Source of the DNA: Amphiscolops sp. MND2022
Lineage: Eukaryota
Length of the DNA stretch: 64,000 nucleotides
Direction of reading: 5' to 3'
Assembly: GCA_964187785.1 (NCBI GenBank)
Contig: OZ076413.1
Coordinates: forward strand, 50,966,001 to 51,030,000
Under the pieces are notes generated by a model. That model had not been told where the DNA came from, made no database searches, and worked only from the letters and a program-made list of their open reading frames with translations. Shown here piece by piece: positions 61,101 to 64,000 of this stretch. The translations under genes and the position numbers were made by a program. How positions within the stretch are numbered: position 1 is the first letter of the stretch; every line of letters begins with the position of its first letter.

Positions 61101-63420
61101 AATTTCCGTTGGAGGATTATCTCAGCCGACATCCGGTAACGTACCGTGACGCAACCGACACGGAACGGGAGAACAACAAGAAGCCGAAGAAGAATACGTA
61201 ACCATTCAAATATACGGCATGTATAACTGCCACCGAATGAACGGGAGTATTACGCAATACATCGGACGGCCGCCACTGACGCAGAAAATTAACCAATCAC
61301 AGAACGGCGTACACACACGTGAACAGAAACAAAAAAGTACCGTCCGAGTCAACAAGGAAGGAAACAAGTCGAGCGGATAAACATAGAAATATACAACTGC
61401 TTTTTCCACTACTGCGAATTGATCGGGACAACCCCGCTGCAAGAATTCCAACACAACAATCAAGAATCGCGGATCAGCAAAAACTCGGATAGAGAACGCC
61501 ATACAAGCCATGTAAAACAAGAGGGATGCCCGACAGCAGTGCTACGAAAAATCAAACGCCACGAAAGCATAAACTTAATCAATTTGAAGCAGACAGCAAA
61601 AAAACACACAAAAGCCAATGACGAGAAGACTGTAGACTCAATTAGAACCGCTGAAAAGGATTTCGTCATGAATCTGCCACTACTGGTCGATGAAACTGCC
61701 GGGGACGCAAAAATCCTTAATGCAAACAACGACACCGCCGAATTGACCATATGTTTTACCTTGTTTGACAATCGTAATTGACGATTTTAATTGACGATGT
61801 GTTTTGTTTACGGAAAGAAGGTGAATATTTCAACCGATCACCAAGCACTTCAACCATTACTTAAGCGCAACAGAGCGCACAAACAAAACTGCGCGAGGCT
61901 AACTCGCTTATCGGCACCACCGGGAGTATTTAACTACTCGATTCGGCTTACTATTCTACAACGACAAGATTGTCATACCAGAGGCAATGCGAAGCTCAAA
62001 AATCGCCATGCTACACCGGGAAAATGTTGCAGTTTCGAGGATGGATCAAGCGGCGGAAGCAAAGCGGCGGAAGCATTCTGGTGGCCGTGACTTCACCGCG
62101 AGATTCGAGAAAGGGCCGCAGGTAAGAACCTTAGAACATAAATTTAGCGCACGGAATTTTAACAAGTTGGAAGTTCTATCTGAATCAAATAAAGAAATAT
62201 CATAATTGGACTTCGCGGTCCAATAAAATCTAGAACACGCAGTGATGTATATATTTTAGTAGAGGTTGATCGTTTTAGTAAATGGCCGACGGCACACATT
62301 TGTAAAATACGGATATACGGACCGTTACCGTTTTCAAATTTTTAACCAAGTATTGATCAGACACTGGAACGCCACGGACAATCCGTACCGACAACGGTAG
62401 TTATTTTAAAGTAAAGAGTTTGAAGAATTCTGCGACGGCAAACATATCGAACGAATCCGACATACGCCTTTTTTACACACCGGTACCGTATCAGTGGATG
62501 AACAATAAGAACGATTAAGTCATTAAAGCGGGCTAATTTAGAAGACGAATTAACTTTTGAAGAATTGGTTCAATTAGCTATTAAAACAATAAGACAAACA
62601 CCACACCACACGCTGAAAATGACATCTTTCCGATTACATCTAGAAAGGAAACCGCGCACGGCTATAACTAATCTGATTGGACAACCTGAATGTCTGTTGT
62701 CCAAATGGAAAAAACACTGACGAAATACACTTCAGCTCAACCGGCGGAATTGTAGATTTTCACGATAAACGACTCTGACAGAGAAGTAGCATAATACCTG
62801 GTCCTGAACGACTCAAAGAAACGTGCTCTTTCTGCAAGCCAAGAATTTGAAACAACATTCAAATTTTAAGAGAGAGAAACAAATCTTGATTCGATGAAAT
62901 GCCGATTTAAACTGAAAAAAGCACTAACAGCAGTCAAAGAGGCCGACCACACAATAACTACGGCCGAAAGTCCAATAACAAATCAAAAAATTGGCCTCTA
63001 ATCCCTTGAAATTTCAGCCTTCGAAAAAGTCTGATGAACCGACGAGAAAACCCACAAGTCGATGCTGCAGATGCGGACGATTCAGCAACAGAAAATAATG
63101 CGATACACATCGACGCATTATGGTGGAGAGTGATCCAACAGCGAGCACAAAAAGTACTTTTCTGACGATGCCCACGCAAGACGCAGACGAATGGCCGATA
63201 AATTCTAACTACTGGGACAATCACGACGAAATAGCGGAAGAACACCCACGCTCAACCGAGAAAATTACAGACAAGGCATGACAGACAACGGTCGACATAC
63301 CGGAGGACGGGAATGAGACCGAGAGTCAACCGAAGGACAATTTACTTCGCCGTTGCCATCATCTCCAGTGGGATGTAGTAATGTAGTACCGAACGGACTC
63401 TTCACAAGCCGGTAGATGAC
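58192..63420 (+). mobile_element. Older, heavily decayed copy of the same Gypsy family (no 3' LTR found)
   Basis: Same PBS TGGCGCAGTCAGCA at 58396. Gag, PR (VDTGS), RT (PVWLDD), RH and IN fragments colinear with 47944-52918. Internal duplication of about 60940-61045 at about 61800-61908. Putative 5' LTR at about 58192-58395 abuts a minus-strand family 1 3' end (58115-58190). Confidence 0.9.
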
Positions 63421-63943
63421 AATTCTGCAACAGACGACACGAGACCGGAGCTGGCCATTTGAATTTATATTTGATCCAAAAAGCAAATTTTCTACAGAGA
63501 TTTCGATTCTCTTATACAGATTCTCATCGAGATGTAAACGAATTATGAAACCAGTTATGGGAAATAGCATTCCTTTTTCATTTTCTTTTCAATTCGACAT
63601 GGCTATTTCGAAGAACCCAAACGAACTCTAACTCCTGCGAAAATCAGTGACAGGAGTAATCATCTCTTTGGGATACTTTGGACGCCTTTGACGAATTAGA
63701 CCTGCATTATAAATAGAAGACAATTAGGTTGTTGACAGCGCTTCTCATTCATTACAGTTTTTTGCAAGCGTGTAATGCATATCTGATGAACTTGTAATTA
63801 TAACTTCACCCTCGTTCTCAATTTTTCATAGTTAATTTCGAATTTTGTGTTACTCCACTTTTTCACTCTCTTCTCACTACTGTGTGTTCACTCAAGTTCA
63901 CTCTCACAGAAGTATTAAGATCGTAACAACATGTCTGAATCAC

Positions 63944-64000
63944 GGTATGCAGAAAACTCGTCGAAAACAACTCGCCGAAAACAACTCGTCGAAAACAACT
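63944..64000. repeat. 15-bp tandem repeat (GAAAACAACTCGYC-type) running off the window
   Basis: About 3.5 visible units, possibly the subterminal array of a DNA transposon. Confidence 0.7.

Noticed and set aside
63944..64000. Terminal repeat as telomere or CRISPR
   Set aside because: 15-bp spacerless unit, not telomeric, and truncated by the window edge.

Overview
Eukaryotic (animal-like, AT-rich, spliceosomal GT-AG introns) genomic DNA dominated by transposons. Three host genes can be assembled from splice signals: a minus-strand C20orf96/DUF4618-like coiled-coil gene (149-7152), a complete six-exon DJ-1/PARK7 gene (9533-18823, 187 aa) and a three-exon FAM162-like gene (27914-31457, about 175 aa). 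The most unusual element is a young LTR element (19141-27702) with 1.94-kb near-identical LTRs, a TTCAG target-site duplication (TSD), a primer-binding site (PBS) and a polypurine tract (PPT). It encodes Gag, a protease and a TARG1/OARD1-type macrodomain, but no RT, RNase H or integrase, and it sits in the roughly 0.5-kb gap between DJ-1 and the FAM162-like gene. A decayed Penelope-like element in DJ-1 intron 5 has a PHD zinc finger inside its RT palm and a degenerate hammerhead downstream. Also present: a full-length but disabled Ty3/Gypsy with a WLDD RT motif (47191-53147) and an older copy of the same family (about 58192-63420), two Helentron/DINE-1-like non-autonomous families, a Pif1-like helicase relic, piggyBac- and hAT-type MITEs, a LINE relic with a 2A-like motif, two 1.0-1.4-kb tandem duplications and a cluster of long spacerless palindromes. 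All assignments come from reading motifs by eye; no database search was run.
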